Assembly: GCA_965203445.1 (NCBI GenBank)
Contig: OZ241883.1
Coordinates: 1,632,001-1,696,000 of the forward strand
Length of the DNA: 64,000 nt
From: Candidatus Oxydemutator sp.
GTDB taxonomy: Bacteria > Pseudomonadota > Gammaproteobacteria > Poriferisulfidales > Oxydemutatoraceae
Direction of reading: 5' to 3'
Below are positions 1 through 8,972 of the stretch, in pieces. The notes below the pieces were generated by a model. It saw nothing but the letters and a program-made list of their open reading frames with translations, had not been told where the DNA came from and ran no database searches. Each line of letters opens with the position of its first letter. Position 1 is the first letter of the stretch. The position numbers and the translations under genes were made by a program.

Positions 1-460
1 AGCGGTAAAGGATCTCAACAAGAAAGTCGGGGGCGCGGGGCAAGTTCGGGGGCGCATCACCGAGGAGTTTTTCTATAAGGCATTGCGCGAGGAGCGGCGT
101 ATCGGCGTGTTGAAGTTCGACGATATATACCTGAACTTCGAGGCAAAGCGCGATGGTCGGAGAACCGAATATGACCTGCTGTTGACCAACGGCGAATTGG
201 TGGCGGTGGTCGAGGTCAAGCACAATCTGCGCCTCGACAACGTGGAGGATATGCGCAAGATACGTGCGCCGCACGCCCGTTATTATCTGCGCCGTTTCAG
301 CGACAAGAAGATGTTGTTTGTGATGGCGTATATGACCGCGGACACCCAGGCGGTGGCCCTGGCGCACGAATGCGGCTACGCGACGCTGTCGCCGGACGGC
401 CAGAAGGCGCGCGCGGACATAAGTTGCGTGCGCTACGTCGAGTGTGAGGAACAATCATGA
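1..460 (+). CDS. Coiled-coil + PD-(D/E)XK-like nuclease, array copy 1 (5'-truncated by window edge)
   Basis: Frame open from position 2 (AVKDLNKKVGG...); protein identical to the C-terminal part of the following copies; motifs TEEFF..EYDLL..VVEVK. Confidence 0.85.
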   Translation, partial: AVKDLNKKVGGAGQVRGRITEEFFYKALREERRIGVLKFDDIYLNFEAKRDGRRTEYDLLLTNGELVAVVEVKHNLRLDNVEDMRKIRAPHARYYLRRFSDKKMLFVMAYMTADTQAVALAHECGYATLSPDGQKARADISCVRYVECEEQS

Positions 461-1239
461 GCAACGTACACGACATGCAAAGCTACCGGATTGCCGAGAA
501 GCGCCCGGATCCATATTCGGATGCGGCGTCGCGCGCGCGCTGGGCGCGGATCGAGGCGGCCCAGGAAGAGATACAAAGGGCGATAGCGGCGACCGACCGG
601 CAACTGGAAGAGACCTCCAAGGAGGTGAAGGATGCTGCCAGAGTAGCAAAAGAGGCCGCCAGGGAGGTAAAGGAAACCGCCAGAGTGTCCCGGGAGTCCA
701 TCCAGAAACTTTCCAAGGCGATAGAAGCAGCTACCGGGCAAGTGGAAGAGACCTCCAAGGAAGTAAAGGAAACCACTAGAGCGGTAAAGGATCTCAACAA
801 GAAAGTCGGGGGCGCGGGGCAAGTTCGGGGGCGCATCACCGAGGAGTTTTTCTATAAGGCATTGCGCGAGGAGCGGCGTATCGGCGTGTTGAAGTTCGAC
901 GATATATACCTGAACTTCGAGGCAAAGCGCGATGGTCGGAGAACCGAATATGACCTGCTGTTGACCAACGGCGAATTGGTGGCGGTGGTCGAGGTCAAGC
1001 ACAATCTGCGCCTCGACAACGTGGAGGATATGCGCAAGATACGTGCGCCGCACGCCCGTTATTATCTGCGCCGTTTCAGCGACAAGAAGATGTTGTTTGT
1101 GATGGCGTATATGACCGCGGACACCCAGGCGGTGGCCCTGGCGCACGAATGCGGCTACGCGACGCTGTCGCCGGACGGCCAGAAGGCGCGCGCGGACATA
1201 AGTTGTGTGCGCTACGTCGAGTGTGAGGAACAATCATGA
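457..1239 (+). CDS. Coiled-coil + PD-(D/E)XK-like nuclease (DUF3782-like), array copy 2, 260 aa
   Basis: Heptad-rich N-terminus (EETSKEVK...); E..EYD..EVK motif; GAGGA RBS; ATGA overlap with the previous copy. Confidence 0.85.
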   Translation: MSNVHDMQSYRIAEKRPDPYSDAASRARWARIEAAQEEIQRAIAATDRQLEETSKEVKDAARVAKEAAREVKETARVSRESIQKLSKAIEAATGQVEETSKEVKETTRAVKDLNKKVGGAGQVRGRITEEFFYKALREERRIGVLKFDDIYLNFEAKRDGRRTEYDLLLTNGELVAVVEVKHNLRLDNVEDMRKIRAPHARYYLRRFSDKKMLFVMAYMTADTQAVALAHECGYATLSPDGQKARADISCVRYVECEEQS

Positions 1240-1976
1240 GCAACGTACACGACATGCAAAGCTACCGGATTGCCGAGAAGCGCCCGGATCCATATTCGGA
1301 TGCGGCGTCGCGCGCGCGCTGGGCGCGGATCGAGGCGGCCCAGGAAGAGATACAAAGGGCGATAGCGGCGACCGACCGGCAACTGGAAGAGGCCGCCAGG
1401 GAGGTAAAGGAAACCGCCAGAGTGTCCCGGGAGTCCATCCAGAAACTTTCCAAGGCGATAGAAGCAGCTACCAGGCAAGTGGAAGAGACCTCCAAGGAAG
1501 TAAAGGAAACCACCAGAGCGGTAAAGGATCTCAACAAGAAAGTCGGGGGCGCGGGGCAAGTTCGGGGGCGCATCACCGAGGAGTTTTTCTATAAGGCATT
1601 GCGCGAGGAGCGGCGTATCGGCGTGTTGAAGTTCGACGATATATACCTGAACTTCGAGGCAAAGCGCGATGGTCGGAGAACCGAATATGACCTGCTGTTG
1701 ACCAACGGCGAGTTGGTGGCGGTGGTCGAGGTCAAGCACAATCTGCGCCTCGACAACGTGGAGGATATGCGCAAGATACGTGCGCCGCACGCCCGTTATT
1801 ATCTGCGCCGTTTCAGCGACAAGAAGATGTTGTTTGTGATGGCGTATATGACCGCGGACACCCAGGCGGTGGCCCTGGCGCACGAATGCGGCTACGCGAC
1901 GCTGTCGCCGGACGGCCAGAAGGCGCGCGCGGACATAAGTTGTGTGCGCTACGTCGAGTGTGAGGAACAATCATGA
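1236..1976 (+). CDS. Array copy 3, 246 aa
   Basis: As copy 2 but lacks 14 aa (TSKEVKDAARVAKE). Confidence 0.85.
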   Translation: MSNVHDMQSYRIAEKRPDPYSDAASRARWARIEAAQEEIQRAIAATDRQLEEAAREVKETARVSRESIQKLSKAIEAATRQVEETSKEVKETTRAVKDLNKKVGGAGQVRGRITEEFFYKALREERRIGVLKFDDIYLNFEAKRDGRRTEYDLLLTNGELVAVVEVKHNLRLDNVEDMRKIRAPHARYYLRRFSDKKMLFVMAYMTADTQAVALAHECGYATLSPDGQKARADISCVRYVECEEQS

Positions 1977-2692
1977 GCAACGTACACGACATGCAAAGCT
2001 ACCGGATTGCCGAGAAGCGCCCGGATCCATATTCGGATGCGGCGTCGCGCGCGCGCTGGGCGCGGATCGAGGCGGCCCAGGAAGAGATACAAAGGGCGAT
2101 AGCGGCGACCGACCGGCAACTGGAAGAGGCCGCCAGGGAGGTAAAGGAAACCGCCAGAGTGTCCCGGGAGTCCATCCAGAAACTTTCCAGGCAAGTGGAA
2201 GAGACCTCCAAGGAAGTAAAGGCAACCACCAGAGCGGTAAAGGATCTCAACAAGAAAGTCGGGGGCGCGGGGCAAGTTCGGGGGCGCATCACCGAGGAGT
2301 TTTTCTATAAGGCATTGCGCGAGGAGCGGCGTATCGGCGTGTTGAAGTTCGACGATATATACCTGAACTTCGAGGCAAAGCGCGATGGTCGGAGAACCGA
2401 ATATGACCTGCTGTTGACCAACGGCGAGTTGGTGGCGGTGGTCGAGGTCAAGCACAATCTGCGCCTCGACAACGTGGAGGATATGCGCAAGATACGTGCG
2501 CCGCACGCCCGTTATTATCTGCGCCGTTTCAGCGACAAGAAGATGTTGTTTGTGATGGCGTATATGACTGCGGACACCCAGGCGGTGGCCCTGGCGCACG
2601 AATGCGGCTACGCGACGCTGTCGCCGGATGGTCAGAAGGCGCGCGCGGACATAAGTTGCGTACGCTACGTCGAGTGTGAGGAACAATCATGA
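1973..2692 (+). CDS. Array copy 4, 239 aa
   Basis: As copy 3 but lacks a further 7 aa (KAIEAAT). Confidence 0.85.
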   Translation: MSNVHDMQSYRIAEKRPDPYSDAASRARWARIEAAQEEIQRAIAATDRQLEEAAREVKETARVSRESIQKLSRQVEETSKEVKATTRAVKDLNKKVGGAGQVRGRITEEFFYKALREERRIGVLKFDDIYLNFEAKRDGRRTEYDLLLTNGELVAVVEVKHNLRLDNVEDMRKIRAPHARYYLRRFSDKKMLFVMAYMTADTQAVALAHECGYATLSPDGQKARADISCVRYVECEEQS

Positions 2693-3513
2693 GCAACGTA
2701 CACGACATGCAAAGCTACCGGATTGCCGAGAAGCGCCCGGATCCATATTCGGATGCGGCGTCGCGCGCGCGCTGGGCGCGGATCGAGGCGGCCCAGGAAG
2801 AGATACAAAGGGCGATAGCGGCGACCGACCGGCAACTGGAAGAGACCTCCAAGGAGGTGAAGGATGCTGCCAGAGTAGCAAAAGAGGCCGCCAGGGAGGT
2901 AAAGGAAACCGCCAGAGTGTCCCGGGAGTCCATCCAGAAACTTTCCAAGGCGATAGAAGCAGCTACCAGGCAAGTGGAAGAGACCTCCAAGGAAGTAAAG
3001 AAAACCACCAGGCAAGTGGAAGAGACCTCCAAGGAAGTAAAGGCAACCACCAGAGCGATAAAGGATCTCAACAAGAAAGTCGGGGGCGCGGGGCAAGTTC
3101 GGGGGCGCATCACCGAGGAGTTTTTCTATAAGGCATTGCGCGAGGAGCGGCGTATCGGCGTGTTGAAGTTCGACGATATATACCTGAACTTCGAGGCAAA
3201 GCGCGATGGTCGGAGAACCGAATATGACTTGCTGTTGACCAACGGCGAATTGGTGGCGGTGGTCGAGGTCAAGCACAATCTGCGCCTCGACAACGTGGAG
3301 GATATGCGCAAGATACGTGCGCCGCACGCCCGTTATTATCTGCGCCGTTTCAGCGACAAGAAGATGTTGTTTGTGATGGCGTATATGACCGCGGACACCC
3401 AGGCGGTGGCCCTGGCGCACGAATGCGGCTACGCGACGCTGTCGCCGGATGGTCAGAAGGCGCGCGCGGACATAAGTTGCGTACGCTACGTCGAGTGTGA
3501 GGAACAATCATGA
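2689..3513 (+). CDS. Array copy 5, 274 aa
   Basis: As copy 2 plus 14 aa (RQVEETSKEVKKTT). Confidence 0.85.
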   Translation: MSNVHDMQSYRIAEKRPDPYSDAASRARWARIEAAQEEIQRAIAATDRQLEETSKEVKDAARVAKEAAREVKETARVSRESIQKLSKAIEAATRQVEETSKEVKKTTRQVEETSKEVKATTRAIKDLNKKVGGAGQVRGRITEEFFYKALREERRIGVLKFDDIYLNFEAKRDGRRTEYDLLLTNGELVAVVEVKHNLRLDNVEDMRKIRAPHARYYLRRFSDKKMLFVMAYMTADTQAVALAHECGYATLSPDGQKARADISCVRYVECEEQS

Positions 3514-3537
3514 GCGGTGTACTATAATCGCAACAGC

Positions 3538-3864
3538 ATGGAAAACCGAGAACTCAACGACCGCCTTGCCGCCATCGAGGGCAGAGTAACTGCCATCGAG
3601 GGCAGAGTGGCGGCCATCGAGGGCAACATAAAGGTCCTTGAAAATGACGTGGCGCATATCCAGCGAGACGTTACCGAGATCAAGACCGGCATAAAGGTAT
3701 TGACAGAGAACGTTGCCAAGATGATGGGGATGATGACGAATTTAGCCGGCTTGCCCGAGAAGGTGGAAAAGCAGGGCCGGGAAATCGGCCGCCTGCAAGG
3801 GGGAGCTGCCGTTATCGTCAGCCTTGCAGTCGCCGTAGGTATCTTCTACAAACTCTTCTTCTGA
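3538..3864 (+). CDS. Small coiled-coil protein with C-terminal TM helix (XhlA/DUF1640-like)
   Basis: AIEGRV-type heptad x3 (21-bp repeats); hydrophobic C-terminus AAVIVSLAVAVGIFYKLFF; TATAAT at 3523-3528. Confidence 0.7.
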   Translation: MENRELNDRLAAIEGRVTAIEGRVAAIEGNIKVLENDVAHIQRDVTEIKTGIKVLTENVAKMMGMMTNLAGLPEKVEKQGREIGRLQGGAAVIVSLAVAVGIFYKLFF

Positions 3865-3943
3865 GCGCTTCAGCCTTGAGGCGCCACGCGAACCGGCGCG
3901 GTGGATTATCGAGACGCCGCCGGCAACAAAACGTCTGTGCTTT

Positions 3944-4391
3944 GGAAACGGCGGGACATTTGTGCTTTGGTTTGACACGACGTTGAGAGCCGGTGCCGGA
4001 TATGCTGGGGGATAGACCTTCATCAGCTGCTCAGGCGCATTCCCGACGCCACCGAAGATTGAGGCGAAGGCGGTGGCGGACTCGATTGCCCAAGCCGACG
4101 AAATAGTCACTAAGGCCGATTTGGAGGCTGCGCTTGCCCGGCTCGAGGCTAAGCTGACCAGATTGATATTCAGCGCCGCCGCCGTTGTTATCGCCGCGGT
4201 CAGCGCAATAACGAAGTTCATCATCACCTGATATGCGCCGCCGGCGCCGCGGTCCAGGCCACGGACCGGTGCCGAATCACCCATGGAGACGCTGGCGGGG
4301 AGACCATCAAAGCGCTAAGTGCTGCCGCCAATGGGACGCCCGTACTTCGGAAACAATAGGACATTTGTGCTTTGGCTTTACAGTTTGACAC
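3944..4391 (+). repeat. Direct repeat GGAAAC-N4-GGACATTTGTGCTTTGG...TTTGACAC (17-bp cores at 3954-3970 and 4359-4375)
   Basis: Identical 17-bp cores with conserved flanks bracket the pseudogene. Confidence 0.8.
4002..4231 (+). pseudogene. Frameshifted DUF1640/CCDC90-like small membrane-anchored coiled-coil gene
   Basis: Removing one base from the G5 run (~4007-4011) and one at GATT (~4057-4060) gives the 75-aa MLGIDLHQLLRRIPDATEDEAKAVADSIAQADEIVTKADLEAALARLEAKLTRLIFSAAAVVIAAVSAITKFIIT. Confidence 0.6.
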
Positions 4392-4397
4392 CCGAAC

Positions 4398-4427
4398 TTG
4401 ACGGGTTTGCGGGTGCCGTCTTACAAT
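4398..4427 (+). promoter_or_regulatory. Sigma70-like promoter for pyrB
   Basis: TTGACG-N18-TACAAT, 9 nt before the in-frame GTG at 4437. Confidence 0.55.
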
Positions 4428-4436
4428 GGCTTTTTA

Positions 4437-5426
4437 GTGACCGCCCGCGCTTCTTCCCGTTCCCGTCTTCAGCTCAATTCCCAGGGCCGGCTGCGGCATT
4501 TTCTCGGCATCGAGGGGCTTGGGCGCGAGCATCTGCTTGACATATTAGACGTCGCACGCTCTTTCGCGGTCGCCGGCGGGCGCGTCGTCAGGAAGGTGCC
4601 GTTGCTGCGCGGCAAGACCGTCGCCAATCTGTTCTTCGAGGCGAGCACGCGCACGCGCTCGACCTTCGAGCTTGCGGCCAAACGCCTGTCCGCGGACGTG
4701 CTCAACCTCAATATAGACGTGGCCGCGGTGCACAAGGGCGAGTCGCTGATAGACACGCTCAGAAACGTGCGCGCGATGGGCGTGGACATGTTCGTCGTGC
4801 GCCACGGCGCCAGCGGCGCCGCGCAATTCATCGCGCGCAACGTCGACGAAGGCGTCGCCGTGATCAACGCCGGCGACGGCGGACACGAGCACCCGACGCA
4901 GGCGATGCTCGACGCGTTCACGATCCGCCACTACAAGAAAAGCTTTCCCGGGCTGCGCGTCGCAATCGTCGGCGACATCCGCCATTCGCGCGTCGCGCGT
5001 TCCCAGATCGCGGCCTTGAACGTGCTCGGCGTCGGCGAGGTGCGCGTCATCGGCCCGGCGACGCTGATGCCGGCGGGCGTCGAGCGCCTGGGCGCGCGCG
5101 TGTTCCACGACTGCGAGCGCGGGCTGGCCGGGGCCGACGTCGTGATCATCCTGCGTTTGCAAAAGGAACGGATGCGCGGCGGTTTTCTGCCGAGCGAGGG
5201 CGAGTATTACCGCCGCTACGGTCTCAATGCGCGGCGTCTTGCGCTGGCCGCCGACGACGCCATCGTCATGCACCCGGGGCCGATCAACCGCGGCGTCGAG
5301 ATCAGTTCGCTGGTCGCCGACGGCAGCCGGTCGGTGATCCTGCGCCAGGTTACGTTCGGCATCGCGGTGCGCATGGCGGTGATGTCGCTGGCGCTCGGCG
5401 GGCGCATGGGCGGAGGCGATCGGTGA
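4437..5426 (+). CDS. pyrB: Aspartate carbamoyltransferase catalytic subunit
   Basis: [17 protein letters not shown] and HPGPINRG motifs; start inferred at GTG 4437. Confidence 0.95.
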   Translation: MTARASSRSRLQLNSQGRLRHFLGIEGLGREHLLDILDVARSFAVAGGRVVRKVPLLRGKTVANLFFEASTRTRSTFELAAKRLSADVLNLNIDVAAVHKGESLIDTLRNVRAMGVDMFVVRHGASGAAQFIARNVDEGVAVINAGDGGHEHPTQAMLDAFTIRHYKKSFPGLRVAIVGDIRHSRVARSQIAALNVLGVGEVRVIGPATLMPAGVERLGARVFHDCERGLAGADVVIILRLQKERMRGGFLPSEGEYYRRYGLNARRLALAADDAIVMHPGPINRGVEISSLVADGSRSVILRQVTFGIAVRMAVMSLALGGRMGGGDR

Positions 5427-6700
5427 ACGTGCTGATACGCGGCGCGCGCGTGCTGAATCCCGCCGACGGCGGCGACGGACGGCGCGCCGACGTCGTCATC
5501 GAGCGCGGTGTCATCGCCGCCATCGGCAAGACGCCGCCCGCCTTCGAGCCGCACCAGGTTATCGAGGCCGACGGCCTGCTCGCGCTGCCCGGTCTGGTGG
5601 ACTTGGCCGTGTGCCTGCGCGAACCGGGGTTCGAGCACAAGGGAACGATTTTCTCCGAGACCCGGGCCGCCGCCGCCGGCGGCGTGACGACGCTGTGCTG
5701 CATGCCCGAGACGCGCCCGGTGGTGGATACGCCGGCGACGGTCGAGCTGATCCGCCGGCGTGCCGACGAGGCCTCTTTTTGCCGCGTGCTCGTCGTCGGC
5801 GCGCTCAGTCGCGGCCTCGGCGGCGAGGAGTTGAGCGAGATGGCGGCGCTCAAGGAAGCCGGCTGCGTCGCGTTCGGCAACGGTCTGCATCCGTTTCACG
5901 ATTTGCGCGTGCTCAAGCGCGCGATGGAATACGCCGCGGGGCTTGCGATGCCGCTGTTTCTGCACGTCCAGGACGCGGCGCTCGCCGCCGGCGGCTGCGC
6001 CCACGACGGTGCGTGCGCGACGCGCCTGGGGCTTGCCGGCATCCCGGCCTCGGCCGAGGGCGCCGCGCTCGGGCAGTGTCTGGCGCTGGTCGAGGATACC
6101 GGCGCGCGCGTGCATTTTTGCCGCTTGTCGTGCGCGCGCTCGGTCGAGCTGATGGCGTCGGCGCGCGCGCGCGGCCTGCCGGTGACCGCCGACGTCGCCG
6201 CCCACCAGCTGTTTCTGACCGACGACGACGTCGGCGATTTCAACCCGGATTGCCACGTGTTGCCGCCGCTGCGCGACGGCGCCGACCGCGCGGCGTTGCG
6301 CGAGGGTCTGCGCGATGGCGTGATAGACGCGGTGTGCTCGGACCACCAGCCGCACGACATCAACGCCAAGTTGGCGCCGTTTCCGGCGAGCGAGCCGGGC
6401 GCCGCGGGCGTCGAAACACTGCTGCCGCTGTTGCTGCGCCTGGCTCGCACCGACGACTTTGACCTGGCGCGGGCGCTGGCGTTGGCCACGTCGCGTCCGG
6501 CGTCGCTGCTGGCCGGCGCGCACGGGCAACTGCGCACGGGCGGGCGCGCCGACCTGTGTCTGGTGGACGCCGACGCGGCCTTTGAAGTTACCGCCGAAAG
6601 CCTATACAGCAGCGGCAAAAACACGCCGTTTCTCGGCGCGACGCTGCCGGGCCGGGTGCGCTGGACGCTCTACCGGGGCCGCGTCGTCCACGAGGCGTGA
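5423..6700 (+). CDS. pyrC: Dihydroorotase-like protein (probably the non-catalytic PyrC'/PyrX type)
   Basis: [24 protein letters not shown] and KNTPF motifs; the metal-binding HxH is replaced by AVC. Confidence 0.9.
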   Translation: MNVLIRGARVLNPADGGDGRRADVVIERGVIAAIGKTPPAFEPHQVIEADGLLALPGLVDLAVCLREPGFEHKGTIFSETRAAAAGGVTTLCCMPETRPVVDTPATVELIRRRADEASFCRVLVVGALSRGLGGEELSEMAALKEAGCVAFGNGLHPFHDLRVLKRAMEYAAGLAMPLFLHVQDAALAAGGCAHDGACATRLGLAGIPASAEGAALGQCLALVEDTGARVHFCRLSCARSVELMASARARGLPVTADVAAHQLFLTDDDVGDFNPDCHVLPPLRDGADRAALREGLRDGVIDAVCSDHQPHDINAKLAPFPASEPGAAGVETLLPLLLRLARTDDFDLARALALATSRPASLLAGAHGQLRTGGRADLCLVDADAAFEVTAESLYSSGKNTPFLGATLPGRVRWTLYRGRVVHEA

Positions 6701-7599
6701 AATCCGTGGCCGGTAGCCCGCGTGTCCCCCGCGAGCCGACGATTTTTTCGGAGCAGGCGCGCGTCGTCTCGCATACGGCGTTCGCCGACGATCAGTACGT
6801 TCTGCGGTTGCACGCGCCGCGTGCCGCGGCCGCGCAACCCGGGCAGTTTGTGCATCTGCGCTGCGCCGGCGACTTGCCGCTGCGCCGCCCGTACTCGGTG
6901 TTGGCGGCCGACGCTGCCGCCGGCACGCTCGACCTCCTGTACAAGGTCGTCGGCGACGGCGGGCGCCGCCTGGCGGCGGTGCGCGCGGGCGACTCCCTGG
7001 GCTTGCTGGGGCCCATCGGCAACACGTTCGCGCCGCGTCCCGAACGCCCGAAGCTGCTGCTGATCGGCGGCGGCGTGGGTATTCCGCCGGTCGTGTTCCT
7101 GGCCGAGCGCGCCCGCGACGACGCGCGTTATCAGCCGTTCGTGTTTCTCGGTTCGGAGATCGCGTTTCCTTTCCGGGTTGCCGAATCGGCGCTGGCGTTC
7201 ACGGGCGTAGCCGATGCGACCAACGCGACGATGGAAGCGCTCGAGCGCCGTGGCGTCGCGGCGCGGCTTGCGAGCGGGCGCGCCGGCGAGCGCGGCTTTG
7301 AAGGCTGTCATCGCGGCACCGTCGTTGATCTCGCGCACCAATGGCTGGCCTCGGCGCCGTCGCGCACGGTCGAGGCGGCCGCGGTGTTCGCGTGCGGCCC
7401 GCGCCCGATGCTTGCGGCCGTGGCGCGGCTTGCGGCACGCTACGCGCTGCCGTGCCAGGTCGCGCTCGAGGAATACATGGCCTGCGGCGTCGGCGGCTGC
7501 GCCGGCTGCACGGTCGCGGTGCGCGAGGAGCGGCGCGTCGTGATGCGCCGCGTGTGCGTGGATGGCCCGGTGTTCGACGCCGCCGGCGTCTTCTTCTGA
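6697..7599 (+). CDS. Dihydroorotate dehydrogenase electron transfer subunit (PyrK-like)
   Basis: [16 protein letters not shown] and [11 protein letters not shown]...VCVDGPVF motifs. Confidence 0.9.
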   Translation: MKSVAGSPRVPREPTIFSEQARVVSHTAFADDQYVLRLHAPRAAAAQPGQFVHLRCAGDLPLRRPYSVLAADAAAGTLDLLYKVVGDGGRRLAAVRAGDSLGLLGPIGNTFAPRPERPKLLLIGGGVGIPPVVFLAERARDDARYQPFVFLGSEIAFPFRVAESALAFTGVADATNATMEALERRGVAARLASGRAGERGFEGCHRGTVVDLAHQWLASAPSRTVEAAAVFACGPRPMLAAVARLAARYALPCQVALEEYMACGVGGCAGCTVAVREERRVVMRRVCVDGPVFDAAGVFF

Positions 7600-7652
7600 C
7601 GCCGGTATCCGCGGGTGCCGTGGGCCGCTTTCCGTGTTGTTCCTTCCTTGGC

Positions 7653-8351
7653 GTGAACCAGGCTGACTCCATCGCCGCCCGGTTGGCGGCCGTGCGCCGC
7701 CGGATCGCCGCGGCCGAGGCCGCCTGCGGGCGTGAACCGGGCAGCGTGCGCCTGCTGGTCGCGTCGAAAGCGCACGCCGCGGCGGCCGTCGCCGAGGCCG
7801 CCGACGCCGGGCAGCGCGACTTCGGAGAGAATTACCTGCAGGAGGCGCAAGCCAAGATCGAGGCGCTGCGCGGACGCCCGCTGTGCTGGCATTTTATCGG
7901 CGCGATCCAGAGCAACAAGACGCGCGCGATCGCGGCGCGTTTCGATTGGGTGCACGGCGTCGCGCGCCCCTCGATCGCGAGGCGTCTGAGCGAACAGCGT
8001 CCCGCGCGGCGGCCCGAACTGAACGTGTGCCTGCAAGTCAACGTCGACGCCGAACCGGGCAAGGCCGGCGTCGCGCCGTCCGAGGTCGCGGCGCTCGCGG
8101 CGCAAGTCGCGGCGTTGCCACGCCTCGCGCTGCGCGGCCTGATGGCGATTCCGAAGCCGCTCGCGGAGCTTGCGGCCCGGCGGCGTGCCTTTGCGCGATT
8201 GCGCGCGTTGTTCGAGGACCTAGCGGCGCGTTGCGGCGGCGACGATTTCGACACGCTGTCCGTCGGCATGAGCGGCGACTTCGAGGCCGCGATTGCCGAG
8301 GGTGCGACCATCGTGCGCATCGGCAGCGCGGTGATGGGGCCGCGGGCCTAG
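7653..8351 (+). CDS. yggS: PLP homeostasis protein (YggS family)
   Basis: FGENYLQEA, WHFIGAIQSNK and GMSGDFEAAIAEGATIVRIG; start inferred at GTG 7653. Confidence 0.93.
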   Translation: MNQADSIAARLAAVRRRIAAAEAACGREPGSVRLLVASKAHAAAAVAEAADAGQRDFGENYLQEAQAKIEALRGRPLCWHFIGAIQSNKTRAIAARFDWVHGVARPSIARRLSEQRPARRPELNVCLQVNVDAEPGKAGVAPSEVAALAAQVAALPRLALRGLMAIPKPLAELAARRRAFARLRALFEDLAARCGGDDFDTLSVGMSGDFEAAIAEGATIVRIGSAVMGPRA

Positions 8352-8468
8352 GCGTCGTGCTCGTCGTCGTGCTCGTCGTGCCCGCCGCGCCCGTCGCGGA
8401 GCGCCCGCGACGGGTGCGGCGGACGCCTCTGTTGAAGCCGCTGAAGCCGGCGCCCGCGAGCCGCGCGT

Positions 8469-8972
8469 CTATCGGGTCGTCAGGATTTCGACCGACAGCG
8501 GATCGCGGCCGCGCAGCTTGATCTGCTGGTTCGCCTCGAGTGCTACGGTGGCGCCGCAGACGTCGGGGCACACCGGCATCTCGCGCCCGCCCCGGTCTAT
8601 CAGCACCGCGAGCACGACCGCGGCCGCGCGCCCGTAGTCGGCAAGCTCGTTGAGCGCGGCGCACACGGTGCGCCCGGTGTGCAGCACGTCGTCTACCAGG
8701 ATGACGTGCCGGTCGTTCACGTCCGAGGTGATCGCCGACGGGCGCACGCGCGGATTCAGGCCGACGCGGCTGAAGTCGTCGCGGTAGAAATTGATGTCGA
8801 GCACGCCGAGCGGCGTGCCGACGTCGAGCGCGCGGTGCAGCCGCTCGGCGACCCATTCGCCGCCGGTGTGGACGCCTATGATGATCGGATCACGCAGGCC
8901 GCGCGAGCGTATCAGTGCCTTCAGTTCGTCCGCCATGCGCGCGATCAGCGTTTCCGGCTGTATTTCGTTCAT
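8469..8972 (-). CDS. pyrR: Bifunctional pyr regulator / uracil phosphoribosyltransferase
   Basis: LDINFYRDD, ILVDDVLHTGRT and DRGGRE motifs; ATG 8972 overlaps the yqgF stop. Confidence 0.93.
   Translation of the reverse strand: MNEIQPETLIARMADELKALIRSRGLRDPIIIGVHTGGEWVAERLHRALDVGTPLGVLDINFYRDDFSRVGLNPRVRPSAITSDVNDRHVILVDDVLHTGRTVCAALNELADYGRAAAVVLAVLIDRGGREMPVCPDVCGATVALEANQQIKLRGRDPLSVEILTTR

Larger units (their letters stand above)
1..3515 (+). repeat. Tandem gene-sized direct repeat array (units of 779, 737, 716 and 821 bp, plus a partial unit)
   Basis: Near-identical units joined at GAGGAACAATCATGAGC; unit lengths differ by multiples of 21 bp. Confidence 0.97.

Noticed and set aside
433-3507. 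Long antisense and alternate-frame ORFs repeated in every array unit
   Set aside because: They are shadows of the sense genes with no recognisable motifs, and the SNPs are synonymous in the sense frame.
1-3515. Diversity-generating retroelement or assembly artefact as the explanation for the array
   Set aside because: There is no reverse transcriptase and no adenine-specific variation. In-frame indels plus mosaic synonymous SNPs argue against an artefact, although read confirmation is still needed.
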